DNA of 44,952 bases from Verrucomicrobiota bacterium (GTDB lineage: Bacteria; Verrucomicrobiota; Verrucomicrobiia; Limisphaerales; JACQFS01), in assembly GCA_016199935.1 (NCBI GenBank), contig JACQFS010000005.1, positions 1 to 44,952 on the forward strand. The letters run 5' to 3'. Of the stretch, positions 16,989 to 26,689 are shown piece by piece; position 1 is the stretch's first letter, and every line of letters begins with the position of its first letter. A model generated the notes under the pieces. It worked only from the letters and a program-made list of their open reading frames with translations, searched no databases and was not told where the DNA came from. The translations under genes and the position numbers were made by a program.

Positions 16989-18233
16989 TCAACGCGATTT
17001 CATCCACGTCATCGCCTTCTCCGCCAGTTTGTCGAAGGCGGTCACGCAGAGTTCGAGGTGTTCCTCCTTCGTGTCCTCGATCTTGTTGTGGCTGAGGCCG
17101 TGCAGGCTCTGGACGAACATCATCACGGTCGGCACGCCGGCGCGCGCGACTTCGGCGGCGTCGTGCAACGGGCCGCTCGGCAGGCGATGCGATTTGCCGC
17201 AGGTCTCGCGGATGGATTCGTCGCACAGCGCGATGAGGTCGTCGTTGAACGGGCGCGGGGCGATTTGCCAGAGGCGCTCCCAAGAAACCTCAGCATTTGC
17301 ATCCTCAGCGAATTGTTCGCTCGCATCGCGTGCATCCCAATAAAGCCGTTCGAGCTTTGCCTTGTCGAGGTGTCGCTGATCAAGCGTGATGCGACATTCC
17401 TCAACAACGCTTGTAACAATGCCGGGTTTGGTCGTGCATGAGCCGATGGTGCAAACGCCTCCGTGTTGCTCTGCGAGGCTGTAAATGAAAGGACTCATCT
17501 TCGCGGCGGCGAGGAAGGCGTCTTTGCGGCGGTTCATCGGCGTGCTGCCGGAGTGCGCGGCCTGGCCGTGAAACGTGATGGCGTGTCGCTCCACCCCGAA
17601 CGTGCCGAGCACCGCACCGAGGGGCAGATCGAGGTCGAGCAACACCGGGCCTTGCTCAATGTGCAATTCCAGATACGCGGCGGCGTTCTTGAGTTCCTTG
17701 CCGCTGTCCTTCACGCGGTCGAAATTAATGCCGACCTCGTTCAGCGCGTCGGGCAGACGGATGCCGTCCTTGTCCTTGAGGCCGCGCGCTTCGTCCATGT
17801 CGAGATTACCGGAGCAGGCAGATGAGCCGAACAGGCTTTTGCCAAACCGAGCGCCTTCCTCGTCGGCCCAATCCACGAGGCGCACGGTCACTGGTGGCTT
17901 GCCGCTGTATTGCGCGCTGATGCGCCGGAGAATCTCCACACCCGCCATCACGTTGAGGCAGCCATCGAGCCAGCCGCCGTTCGGCACGGAATCCATGTGG
18001 CCGCCGATGAGCAGCGACTTCTCCGACTCGCCACGCAGCGTGCTCCAAAGATTTCCGGCGGCGTCGGTGTGAATTTCAACCGGGAGCGCTTCGAGTTTTT
18101 TCCGCAGCCAGGCGCGAGTCTTCACCCACATCGGTGTGAAGGCGACCCGCTGCGCGCCGTTGTCGTCGCCGGTGAGCGCGCGCAGTTCCTTGAGTTCGGC
18201 GACGGTGCGTTTGGGATTGAGAAGTTTGCTCAT
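16989..18233 (-). CDS. M20-family N-carbamoyl-amino-acid amidohydrolase; beta-ureidopropionase / allantoate amidohydrolase-like.
   Basis: Hydantoinase/carbamoylase-family amidase pattern (GGHMDSVPNGG, the metal-ligand layout). Its context is pyrimidine catabolism. Confidence 0.8.
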   Translation of the reverse strand: MSKLLNPKRTVAELKELRALTGDDNGAQRVAFTPMWVKTRAWLRKKLEALPVEIHTDAAGNLWSTLRGESEKSLLIGGHMDSVPNGGWLDGCLNVMAGVEILRRISAQYSGKPPVTVRLVDWADEEGARFGKSLFGSSACSGNLDMDEARGLKDKDGIRLPDALNEVGINFDRVKDSGKELKNAAAYLELHIEQGPVLLDLDLPLGAVLGTFGVERHAITFHGQAAHSGSTPMNRRKDAFLAAAKMSPFIYSLAEQHGGVCTIGSCTTKPGIVTSVVEECRITLDQRHLDKAKLERLYWDARDASEQFAEDANAEVSWERLWQIAPRPFNDDLIALCDESIRETCGKSHRLPSGPLHDAAEVARAGVPTVMMFVQSLHGLSHNKIEDTKEEHLELCVTAFDKLAEKAMTWMKSR

Positions 18234-18347
18234 AAGGCTCGTGTTGACCGCTTCGCTGCCGGGGTGCGGCGCGGATTTGTTGTGGCAAAGGCTTGCGAAC
18301 CGGGCCTATATTCGCCCGTGAAATCCCAAAGTTGAAGGAGAAAACCT

Positions 18348-19475
18348 ATGCCTACTCTCGCCACAACCGTTGACGGCCTGAAGCTCCCGAACCCTTTCGT
18401 CATCGGCTCCGGTCCGCCGGGCACCAACCTCAACGTCATCACGCGCGCATTTCAGGAAGGCTGGGGCGCGGTCATCGCCAAGACCATCAGCCTCGATTCC
18501 TCGAAGGTCGTCAATGTCACGCCGCGTTACGCCAAGCTCATGGCCGCCGACGGCAAGGAGGTCATCGGCTGGGAGAACATCGAACTCATCAGCGACCGCC
18601 CGTTCAAAATCTGGCTCGAGGAATTCAAGAAGTGCAAGGACCAGTTCCCCGACCGCATCCTCATCGCGTCCATCATGGAGGAATTCCGCAAGGACGCGTG
18701 GGTGGAAATTGTCGAGCGCTGCCAGGACGTCGGCGTGGATGCCTTCGAGTGCAACTTCTCCTGCCCGCACGGTTTGCCTGAACGCAAGATGGGCGCGGCG
18801 ATGGGCGAGAACCCGGACATTCTCAAAGAAGTCGTCGGCTGGGTGATGGGCGCGGCGAAGAAACCCGTGTGGGCGAAGATGACGCCGAACGTCACGCACA
18901 TCGAGGATCCCAGCCGCGCGGCATTGCGGGCTGGCGCGAGCGGACTGGCCGCCATCAACACCATTCGCAGCGTGTGCAGCGTGAACCTCGACACGTTCCG
19001 TCCCGAACCGAACGTCGAAGGCTACACGACGCCCGGCGGCTATTCGTCGAAAGCCGTGCGGCCCATCGCGCTTCGCATGGTGATGGAAATCGCGCAATTG
19101 ATTCGCAAGGAATTTCCCGGCCGCTCGCTCTCGGCCATCGGCGGCGTGGAGAGCGGCAACGACGCGGCGCAATTCATCCTGCTCGGCGGCGACACCGTGC
19201 AAGTCTGCACCGGCGTGATGAAGTTCGGCTACGAAATGGTGAAGCCGATGTGCGACGAACTGCTCGCCTTCATGGCCAAGCACAAGTTCGAGACACTCGC
19301 CGACTTCAAGGGCAAGAGCCTCGATTACTTCACCACCCACGCCGACCTCGTGCGCCGCCAGACGGAGCGCAAGGCCGCACAGAAGGCTGCTGCCACGGCG
19401 AAAGTCGTCAAGAGCGACGGTGAATGGAGTGGCGATGATTTTGTGAAACAATCGCAGGCATTGGCGAGCCGCTAA
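18348..19475 (+). CDS. Dihydropyrimidine dehydrogenase-like catalytic (DHOD-family FMN) subunit with no ferredoxin or FAD domains.
   Basis: Closely follows the DPD domain-IV pattern (LPNPF..., NFSCPHG, KMTPNVT, GGV.SG). Strong Shine-Dalgarno AAGGAGAAAA. No Cys cluster at the C-terminus. Confidence 0.8.
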   Translation: MPTLATTVDGLKLPNPFVIGSGPPGTNLNVITRAFQEGWGAVIAKTISLDSSKVVNVTPRYAKLMAADGKEVIGWENIELISDRPFKIWLEEFKKCKDQFPDRILIASIMEEFRKDAWVEIVERCQDVGVDAFECNFSCPHGLPERKMGAAMGENPDILKEVVGWVMGAAKKPVWAKMTPNVTHIEDPSRAALRAGASGLAAINTIRSVCSVNLDTFRPEPNVEGYTTPGGYSSKAVRPIALRMVMEIAQLIRKEFPGRSLSAIGGVESGNDAAQFILLGGDTVQVCTGVMKFGYEMVKPMCDELLAFMAKHKFETLADFKGKSLDYFTTHADLVRRQTERKAAQKAAATAKVVKSDGEWSGDDFVKQSQALASR

Positions 19476-19497
19476 ACAAAGAGAGTTTCTCCTCGCA

Positions 19498-20370
19498 ATG
19501 AAAACATATTTGTTCGCGTTTCTGCTGATTCTGCTCACTGGCTGTTCAGATACCTTAAACAAAGAAAACACTGAACTCAGGGAGCAGAAGAATAAACTGT
19601 CTGCGGACAAAGCAAAGGCCGAAGCGGAACTGATCAAAAAGGAAGGCGAAATTTCTGCCTCGAAAGAACGACTGGCTGATGCAAAGACACGGATCGACGA
19701 ACTGAAACAGGAGGTAGTTACATTACGCGACACATCTTCGAAACAGAGCGCCCAGATTTTGGAGCTAACCGAACGGTTAAAGGAAAATGAACGTCAACTG
19801 AAGGAGCAGAAAGACAGCCTTGCGGTGAAAAGCGCGGATTACGAAGCACAACTTCAAAAACTCAAGACCACTCAGAAGGGAGAATTAAATGGTGTCGTAA
19901 CATATTTCTTCAACAGTAACTTTGGTTATAAACCAGACGTTGGCGCTGAGATTTATGTTTTTCCCGTTGATGCTTACTCTGACTTCGATCCCTCGGTGAT
20001 AACTGAATATCAGACGATGAAACATGCGATGAGTTGGAGTAAATCGACTGATCAAAGACTTCGGCAGGACTCCCAAAAAATTCTGAGTAAATATAGTTCT
20101 CCTGTCGAGAGTGCTTGGAAGGATTTGGATGCACGCGTAGTAAAGATGGCTCTTCCAGCAGAAGTCGGGGACAAGACAATTCGATTGACCGCCGATGGCA
20201 ACGGGGCATTCAAGCGGAGTCTTCAGCCGGGCACTTACTATACGATAATTCGATCCAAGCACCGACAGGATATGTCGGTTTCAGAAATCTCTGGCAAAAT
20301 TTTTGTCCGTAAGGTCGAGATTAAAAGTGGTGAGGAAGCAAGCCTAGACGCAAAATTTGAAGTTTACTAA
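19498..20370 (+). CDS. Lipoprotein with an N-terminal coiled coil; markedly AT-rich insertion.
   Basis: LLTGC lipobox, heptad-rich N-terminal half, and a lower GC content than its neighbours. Confidence 0.65.
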   Translation: MKTYLFAFLLILLTGCSDTLNKENTELREQKNKLSADKAKAEAELIKKEGEISASKERLADAKTRIDELKQEVVTLRDTSSKQSAQILELTERLKENERQLKEQKDSLAVKSADYEAQLQKLKTTQKGELNGVVTYFFNSNFGYKPDVGAEIYVFPVDAYSDFDPSVITEYQTMKHAMSWSKSTDQRLRQDSQKILSKYSSPVESAWKDLDARVVKMALPAEVGDKTIRLTADGNGAFKRSLQPGTYYTIIRSKHRQDMSVSEISGKIFVRKVEIKSGEEASLDAKFEVY

Positions 20371-20379
20371 ATTCTTATA

Positions 20380-21864
20380 ATGCAAATCTCATGTCCCAAT
20401 TTCATCGGCGGCGAATGGCGCACGCTTCGCGGCGCCTCCACGCCGGTCTTCAACCCCTCCACTGGCGAAGTCATCGCCGAATGTCCCGTCGGCACCGCCG
20501 CGCTCGTGGACGAAGCGGTGCAGGCCGCGCAAGCTGCGTTCCCCGCGTGGCGCGACACGCCGCCGGTCGAGCGCGCGCGGGTGTTCTTCCGCTACCGCCA
20601 ATTGCTCGAAGCGAACTTCGACCGCATCTGCCAGAGTGTTTCGCGCGAGCATGGCAAGACGCTCGTCGAGGCGCGCGGCAGCATTTTCCGCGGACTGGAA
20701 AACGTGGAATACGCCTGCGGCATCCCGTCGCTGCTCATGGGCGACACGCTGGAGAACATCGCGCGCGGCGTGGATTGCGAGACGGTGATGCAACCGCTCG
20801 GCGTTTGCGCCGGTATCACGCCGTTCAACTTTCCCGCGATGGTGCCGATGTGGATGTTCCCCGTCGCGCTCGCGTGCGGGAATACCTTCATCCTCAAGCC
20901 GAGCGAAAAAGTTCCGCTCTCCGCCGTGCTCATCATCGAACTGCTCGAACAGGCGGGACTGCCGAAGGGCGTGCTGAACATCGTCCACGGCGGGCGCGAG
21001 GTGGTGGACGCGCTGCTCACGCATCCCAAGGTGAAGGCCATCTCCTTCGTCGGCTCGACGCCGATTGCGCGCTACATCTACGAGACTGGCACGAAGAACG
21101 GGAAGCGCGTGCAATCGAACGGTGGCGCGAAGAACTACATCGTCGTGATGCCGGATGCTGACGTGCCGAAGACTGTCGAGGCGCTTTCGACCGCCGCGTT
21201 TGGTTGCGCGGGCGAGCGTTGCATGGCCGGCTCCACCGCGCTCACCGTCGGTGCCGCCGCCGACCGTCTGCTGCCGACGCTCGTGGACGCCGCGCGCGCC
21301 ATCAAGGTCGGCCGCACCGACCGCCCCACGCCGCAGCCCGACATGGGGCCGGTCATTACCGCGCAACATCGCGACCGCGTGATGAGCCTCGTCGCCGCGG
21401 GCGAAAAGGAGGGCGCGAAGGTCATTTGCGATGGCCGCAGCGCGAAAGTCCCCGATGCGCCCAACGGCTTTTTCCTCGGCGCGACCATCATGGACCAGGT
21501 GCAGCACGGCACGACGCTCGCGCGCGAGGAAGTCTTCGGTCCCGTGCTCAACGTGATGCGCATAGACGACCTTGACCACGCCATCGAGCAGGCGAACAAG
21601 TCGGCGTTCGGCAACGGCGCGGCCATCTTCACCAATTCCGGCAAGGCCGCGCGCGAGTTCAAGCATCGCGTGAAGGCCGGCATGGTTGGCATCAACGTCG
21701 GGGTGCCCGCGACGATGGCGATGTTCCCCTTCACCGGCTGGGACGAATCCTTCTTCGGCGACCTGCACATTCAGGGCCGCGAGGGTGTTCAGTTTTACAC
21801 GCAGCAAAAGGTCATCAGCACGCGGTGGTTTGGTGAAGGCGTGGGAGATGTCTGGAAAAAATGA
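20380..21864 (+). CDS. mmsA: CoA-acylating methylmalonate/malonate-semialdehyde dehydrogenase.
   Basis: Aldehyde dehydrogenase family with the MmsA-like pattern and a catalytic Cys region (FGCAGERC). Confidence 0.85.
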   Translation: MQISCPNFIGGEWRTLRGASTPVFNPSTGEVIAECPVGTAALVDEAVQAAQAAFPAWRDTPPVERARVFFRYRQLLEANFDRICQSVSREHGKTLVEARGSIFRGLENVEYACGIPSLLMGDTLENIARGVDCETVMQPLGVCAGITPFNFPAMVPMWMFPVALACGNTFILKPSEKVPLSAVLIIELLEQAGLPKGVLNIVHGGREVVDALLTHPKVKAISFVGSTPIARYIYETGTKNGKRVQSNGGAKNYIVVMPDADVPKTVEALSTAAFGCAGERCMAGSTALTVGAAADRLLPTLVDAARAIKVGRTDRPTPQPDMGPVITAQHRDRVMSLVAAGEKEGAKVICDGRSAKVPDAPNGFFLGATIMDQVQHGTTLAREEVFGPVLNVMRIDDLDHAIEQANKSAFGNGAAIFTNSGKAAREFKHRVKAGMVGINVGVPATMAMFPFTGWDESFFGDLHIQGREGVQFYTQQKVISTRWFGEGVGDVWKK

Positions 21865-22402
21865 CGAATGCCGAATGACGAATGGAATGACAGAGACGCT
21901 GGCGGAATGTTCGGCGGAAGAGTTGGAGTTCTGGGGATTCGCTCCGACTGAAGAACCTCTCGTATTGCGCGACGAGGGGCCGCCGTTGGTCTATGACTTG
22001 GAGGTGCGGACGACGCGATTCGGTGAGCAAATCATTCTGTTTGCAAAGAAGATTCCGTGGGGACCGGTCAACAATCGGCTTATCGACCAACTTGTCGGCG
22101 CAGGCACGAGCGTCGGGGCGAATTACTGCGAGGCCGATGACGGTGTTTCCAAGGCTGACTTCAAACATCGAATCAGCATTTGCCGCAAGGAATCGCGCGA
22201 AACGAAATTCTTCCTCCGCATGGTGGTGACTTCGGAGCCGAATTTGAAACCTGACGCGCGCGAACTGTGGAAGGAAGCGCACGCCTTGCACCGCATTTTT
22301 AGCCGCATCTGGCGCAGCACCAAGACGTGACCGAGATGAATCACTCGACCAAAATGTCGAATGTCGAATGGCATCCGGCCCGCCATTCGTCATTCGTCAT
22401 TT
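21861..22402 (+). mobile_element. IVS-like cassette 1: heptamer array / four-helix-bundle gene / inverted array and hairpin.
   Basis: Left AATGCCGAATGACGAATGG (21867-21885) is the reverse complement (18/19) of right CCATTCGTCATTCGTCATT (22384-22402). (ATGACGA)n tandem units occupy 21861-21895. A local 20-bp hairpin lies at 22353-22402. GC is lower than the surroundings. Confidence 0.5.
21875..22330 (+). CDS. Four-helix-bundle protein (TIGR02436 / 23S rRNA intervening-sequence protein family), divergent.
   Basis: Family pattern DLEV..., LIDQLVGAGTSVGANYCEA, SKADFKHRISICRKESRETKFFL; homologous to the second copy at 36325. An alternative start is ATG 21887. Confidence 0.65.
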   Translation: MTNGMTETLAECSAEELEFWGFAPTEEPLVLRDEGPPLVYDLEVRTTRFGEQIILFAKKIPWGPVNNRLIDQLVGAGTSVGANYCEADDGVSKADFKHRISICRKESRETKFFLRMVVTSEPNLKPDARELWKEAHALHRIFSRIWRSTKT

Positions 22403-22406
22403 CCCC

Positions 22407-23789
22407 ATGAGCCTCCTGATCAAGAACGGTGAAATCGTCACGGCGAGCGAGCGCTACATCGCCGACATCTTCTGCGAAGGCGAAACCGTCACGCGCATTG
22501 ACCGCAACATCGCACCGCCGGCGGGCACGGAGGTCATTGACGCGAAGGGCAAGTTCGTCTTCCCCGGTTTTATTGACCCGCACGTTCACATCTACCTGCC
22601 GTTCATGGGCACGTTCTCCAAGGACACCTACGAGACCGGCAGCAAGGCCGCGCTCGTGGGCGGCACCACCACGCTGATCGAAATGTGCTGCCCGTCGCGC
22701 GCGGATGAGGCGCTGGCGGGTTTCGAGTTGTGGATGAAGCAGGCCGTCGGCAAGTCCGCGTGCGACTTCACGTTTCACATGGGCGTGACGAAGTTTGATG
22801 GCAACACCGAGAAGCAGCTCCGCGAAATCGTCGCGCGCGGCATCAGCTCGTTCAAAATCTTCCTCGCCTACAAGGGCGCGTTCGGCGTGGACGACACGGA
22901 GCTTTATCGCACGCTCAAGCTGGCGAAGGAACTCGGCGTCATCGTCACCGCGCATTGCGAAAACGAAACGCTCGTCGCCGAGCGCTGCAAGGAACTCCTC
23001 GCCGCCGGCAAGACCGACCCCGGCCAGCATCACGAGAGCCGCCCGCCGCGCGTCGAGGCCGAAGGCGTGCATCACCTGATGACCTTCGCCGAACTCACCG
23101 GCGCGGCGACCTACATCGTTCACCTCAGTTGTCAGGAGGCGCTCAATGAGGCCATCGCCGCCCGCCAGCGCGGCGTGCGCGTCGCGGTCGAGACGCTCAT
23201 CCAGTATCTCGTGCTCGACAAGAGTTACGCCGAGCGCCCGAACTTCGAGGGCGCGAAGTTTGTGATGTCCCCGCCGCTGCGCGACAAACGCAACCAGGAG
23301 ATTCTCTGGAACGGCCTCCGCGACGGCCTCGTGCAAACCGTCGCCACCGACCACTGCCCGTTCGACTTCGCGAAGCAGAAGCCGATGGGCAAGGACGACT
23401 TCACCAAAATTCCCAACGGCATCCCGTCACTGGAGGAGCGCATCAACCTCCTCTACACCCACGGCGTGAAGATGGGCCGGCTCGACCTGCGCACGTTCGT
23501 GAACGTCGCCAGCACACAGGTCGCGAAGCTGTTCGACCTGTTCCCGCGCAAAGGCGCCATCCAGCCGGGTGCCGATGCCGACCTCGTTGTCTTCGACCCG
23601 AATTACCGCGGCACCATCTCCGCGAAGACGCAGATGATGAACGTGGACTACAGCGCGTTCGAGGGCTGGCCCATCGAAGGCCGGCCAAGCGTGGTCACGG
23701 TGCGTGGCGAAGTCGCGGTGCGCGATGGGAAGTTCGTCGGCAAGATCGGGCGCGGCCAGTTCCTCAAGCGCGCACCAAGTCATTTCTAA
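22407..23789 (+). CDS. Dihydropyrimidinase / D-hydantoinase.
   Basis: Cyclic-amidohydrolase pattern (MSLLIKNGEIV..., DPHVH, carbamylated-Lys region FKIFLAYK, HCEN). Start at 22407 because 22353-22402 is hairpin DNA. Confidence 0.9.
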   Translation: MSLLIKNGEIVTASERYIADIFCEGETVTRIDRNIAPPAGTEVIDAKGKFVFPGFIDPHVHIYLPFMGTFSKDTYETGSKAALVGGTTTLIEMCCPSRADEALAGFELWMKQAVGKSACDFTFHMGVTKFDGNTEKQLREIVARGISSFKIFLAYKGAFGVDDTELYRTLKLAKELGVIVTAHCENETLVAERCKELLAAGKTDPGQHHESRPPRVEAEGVHHLMTFAELTGAATYIVHLSCQEALNEAIAARQRGVRVAVETLIQYLVLDKSYAERPNFEGAKFVMSPPLRDKRNQEILWNGLRDGLVQTVATDHCPFDFAKQKPMGKDDFTKIPNGIPSLEERINLLYTHGVKMGRLDLRTFVNVASTQVAKLFDLFPRKGAIQPGADADLVVFDPNYRGTISAKTQMMNVDYSAFEGWPIEGRPSVVTVRGEVAVRDGKFVGKIGRGQFLKRAPSHF

Positions 23790-23802
23790 AACGGTAGAGT
23801 GG

Positions 23803-24285
23803 ATGACATCCGAAACTCAAAGCAGCTCAAGTCTGTGTCGGGAATTTATTCAGACTGCCAAAGCGGCGCTCTCGAAGACACCCGAAGTAAAACATTCGTG
23901 GTCCATTGACCCGAATGAAGTTCAATGCTCGTTGAGCATTCCCAAAATTGATGAAGATGGTTTTGATGTCACCATCGAGGTTTCACCAGATGGGGTCGTG
24001 GTTTTCGGAGAAGGCGCGCATCAACATTTTGACACGCCTGAAAGCACTCATCCGGAAAAAATTATTGCTGCACTCGGTCTTGTTCGAGACTTGTTGAGCC
24101 CGCATATGCGAGTCGGAGAACTCCGCGCGGGCAAGTCAGCTTTCCGTTGGTTCATGGAATCGCTTCACGAAAATGAATGGCAGGCAGAAAGTTCGACTGG
24201 ACTACTCTTCTGGAATTATTTTGCCAGGAGAAGTGAGCGCGTTTTACAGAACAAAACCCTGCCGGGCCGCCTTTCACCAAAATGA
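23803..24285 (+). CDS. Hypothetical protein (160 aa); AT-rich orphan.
   Basis: ORF with coding-like composition, lower GC, no recognised family. Confidence 0.45.
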   Translation: MTSETQSSSSLCREFIQTAKAALSKTPEVKHSWSIDPNEVQCSLSIPKIDEDGFDVTIEVSPDGVVVFGEGAHQHFDTPESTHPEKIIAALGLVRDLLSPHMRVGELRAGKSAFRWFMESLHENEWQAESSTGLLFWNYFARRSERVLQNKTLPGRLSPK

Positions 24286-25790
24286 CCGTCCACCACGCCA
24301 AAGTCTTTCCCTCGAAAGTCCCGCTGCCCAAGACGGAACAACTCGCGTGGAAACTCGCCGCCGTCGCCACTGACCTCGCGCCCATCCTGCCTGAAGTCGC
24401 AGAGATGGTCGTGAACCGCGTCATTGACAACGCTGCCGTCGCCATCGCCGCTATCAGCCGCACGCCCGTGGCCAATGCGCGCTCGCAGGCACTGGCGCAT
24501 CCGCGCGAGGGCGGAGCGACGCTCTTTGGCGTGCCGTCCGAGCAACGCTTCGAGTGCGAGTGGGCCGCGTGGGCCAACGGCGCGGCCGTGCGCGAGCTCG
24601 ACATGCACGACACGTTCCTCGCCGCTGATTATTCGCATCCCGCCGACAATATCCCGCCGCTGCTCGCCGTCGCGCAGCAATGCGGTCGCACGGGCGCGCA
24701 ACTGCTCCGCAGCATCGTGGTTGCCTACGAAGTGCAAATGAATCTCGTGCGCGGCATCTGCCTGCACGAACACAAGAAGGATCACATCGCGCACCTTTGC
24801 CCCTCGGTCGCCGCGGGTCTTGGCGCGATGCTGGAACTCGACACCGACACGATTTACCAGGCCATCCAGCAGGCGGTGCATGTCGGCTTCAGCACGCGGC
24901 AGTCGCGTAAGGGCGAGATTTCCAGTTGGAAAGCCTACGCGCCCGCGCATGCCGGTAAACTCGCCATCGAGGCCGTGGACCGCGCGATGCGCGGCGAGAA
25001 AAGTCCGTCGCCGATTTACGAGGGCGAGGACAGCGTCATCGCGTGGATGCTCGGCGGAAAGGACGCAAGCTATGAAGTTCCCTTGCCCGCGCCCGGTGAG
25101 TCATGCCGCGCGATTCTCGATTCCTACACGAAAGAACATTCCGCCGAGTATCAGGCACAGGCGTGGATTGACCTCGCGTTCCGGCTGCGAAAGAAAATTC
25201 CCGACCTGCGCACCATCCGCGACGTGACGATTCACACGAGCCATCACACGCACTACGTCATCGGCACCGGCGCGCGCGACCCGCAGAAGATGGACCCGCA
25301 CGCCAGCCGCGAAACGCTCGACCACAGCCTCATGTTCATCTTCGCCTCGGCACTGCACACGGGCTTCTGGCATCACGTCAAAAGCTACGCGCCCGATGTC
25401 GCGCGCCATCCCGACGTGGTGGCGACGTGGCAGAAAATCAAAACCGTCGAGGATCCGGAGTGGACGCGCCGCTACCACGCGATCGACCCGCGCGAGAAGG
25501 CCTTCGGTGGCCGGGTGGAAATAACCTTTGCCGACGGCCACAAGCTCACCGACGAAATCGCCGTGGCCGACGCGCACTCGCTCGGCGCGCGGCCCTTCGC
25601 GCGGGCGGATTACTCCCGCAAGTTCCAAACGCTCACGCAGGACGTCATCACCGACAAGGAAAGCACGCGCTTCCTGACTGCGGTCCAGCGTCTGCCCGCG
25701 ATGTCCGCCGCGGAACTCCACGCGCTGAACGTCGTGCTGCCGCCCGGACAACTGGTTTGCTCCACGCGCGACCAACGTGGTATTTTCTGA
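24282..25790 (+). CDS. prpD: 2-methylcitrate dehydratase (MmgE/PrpD family).
   Basis: PrpD/MmgE-family length and motifs. ATGA overlap with the upstream ORF. Confidence 0.85.
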   Translation: MTVHHAKVFPSKVPLPKTEQLAWKLAAVATDLAPILPEVAEMVVNRVIDNAAVAIAAISRTPVANARSQALAHPREGGATLFGVPSEQRFECEWAAWANGAAVRELDMHDTFLAADYSHPADNIPPLLAVAQQCGRTGAQLLRSIVVAYEVQMNLVRGICLHEHKKDHIAHLCPSVAAGLGAMLELDTDTIYQAIQQAVHVGFSTRQSRKGEISSWKAYAPAHAGKLAIEAVDRAMRGEKSPSPIYEGEDSVIAWMLGGKDASYEVPLPAPGESCRAILDSYTKEHSAEYQAQAWIDLAFRLRKKIPDLRTIRDVTIHTSHHTHYVIGTGARDPQKMDPHASRETLDHSLMFIFASALHTGFWHHVKSYAPDVARHPDVVATWQKIKTVEDPEWTRRYHAIDPREKAFGGRVEITFADGHKLTDEIAVADAHSLGARPFARADYSRKFQTLTQDVITDKESTRFLTAVQRLPAMSAAELHALNVVLPPGQLVCSTRDQRGIF

Positions 25791-25795
25791 ACGCA

Positions 25796-26689
25796 ATGCT
25801 CTTCGCCAAAAAATCTCCCGCCCAGAAGCGTGCTGAATTCCGCGCCGCGTTGAAGTCCGGCAAGCTGTTGCGTTTCCCCGGCGCGTTCTCGCCGCTTGTG
25901 GCGATGCTCATTGAGCGGCAGGGTTTCGAGGGCGTTTATGTCTCCGGCGCGGCGCTCTCGGCGGACCTTGGTTTGCCCGATGTCGGCCTGACCACGCTCA
26001 CGGATGTGTCACAGCGCGGCCGGGCCATCGCGCGCGTGACCGAACTGCCGGCCATCATTGACGCCGATACCGGTTTCGGCGAGCCGATGAACGCCGCGCG
26101 CACGGTGCAGGAACTGGAGGAGTCCGGCCTGTGCGGCTGCCACTTCGAGGACCAGCAGAATCCAAAACGTTGCGGCCATCTCGACGGCAAGGCGCTCGTG
26201 CCCCCCGCCGACATGGTGAAGAAAATCCGCGCCGCCGTGTCCGCGCGTCGCGACGCGAACTTTGTCATCATCGCCCGCACCGATGCCCGCGCTTCCGAGG
26301 GTTTGGATGGCGCAGTCAGCCGCGCGAAGAGCTACGTCGATGCGGGTGCGGACATGATTTTCCCCGAGGCGCTGGCGGATGAAAGTGAGTTCGAGAGATT
26401 CCGCAAAGCCGTCAGCGTGCCGCTGCTGGCGAACATGACAGAGTTCGGCAAGAGCAAGCTACTTACGGCGAAGCAACTCACCAGCCTCGGCATCAATGTC
26501 GTGATTTATCCCGTAACCACGCTGCGACTGGCGATGAAAGCGGTGGAGGACGGGCTGGCCGTGCTGAAGAAAGACGGCACGCAGGAGCCGCTGCTCGACC
26601 AGATGCAGACGCGCGCCGCGCTTTACGAGTTGCTCCGCTACGAAGATTACCAGCAGTTCGACAAAGACGTGTTCAATTTCAAATTATGA
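25796..26689 (+). CDS. prpB: Methylisocitrate lyase (PEP mutase / isocitrate lyase superfamily).
   Basis: IIDADTGFG and FEDQ...KRCGH motifs. Start trimmed to ATG 25796. Confidence 0.9.
   Translation: MLFAKKSPAQKRAEFRAALKSGKLLRFPGAFSPLVAMLIERQGFEGVYVSGAALSADLGLPDVGLTTLTDVSQRGRAIARVTELPAIIDADTGFGEPMNAARTVQELEESGLCGCHFEDQQNPKRCGHLDGKALVPPADMVKKIRAAVSARRDANFVIIARTDARASEGLDGAVSRAKSYVDAGADMIFPEALADESEFERFRKAVSVPLLANMTEFGKSKLLTAKQLTSLGINVVIYPVTTLRLAMKAVEDGLAVLKKDGTQEPLLDQMQTRAALYELLRYEDYQQFDKDVFNFKL

Noticed and set aside
21686-21874. N-terminal extension of the four-helix-bundle ORF (track start 21686).
   Set aside because: That segment is the 3' end of mmsA read in another frame. The four-helix-bundle gene begins at ATG 21875 or 21887, after the mmsA stop.
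25427-25795. Upstream extension of prpB (track ORF from 25427) and of PSD1 (track ORF from 32916).
   Set aside because: The extensions overlap prpD or intergenic repeat DNA and are Arg-rich. Conserved N-termini (MLFAKKSP... and the signal peptide MLERVRILIGG...) mark the real starts at 25796 and 33168.
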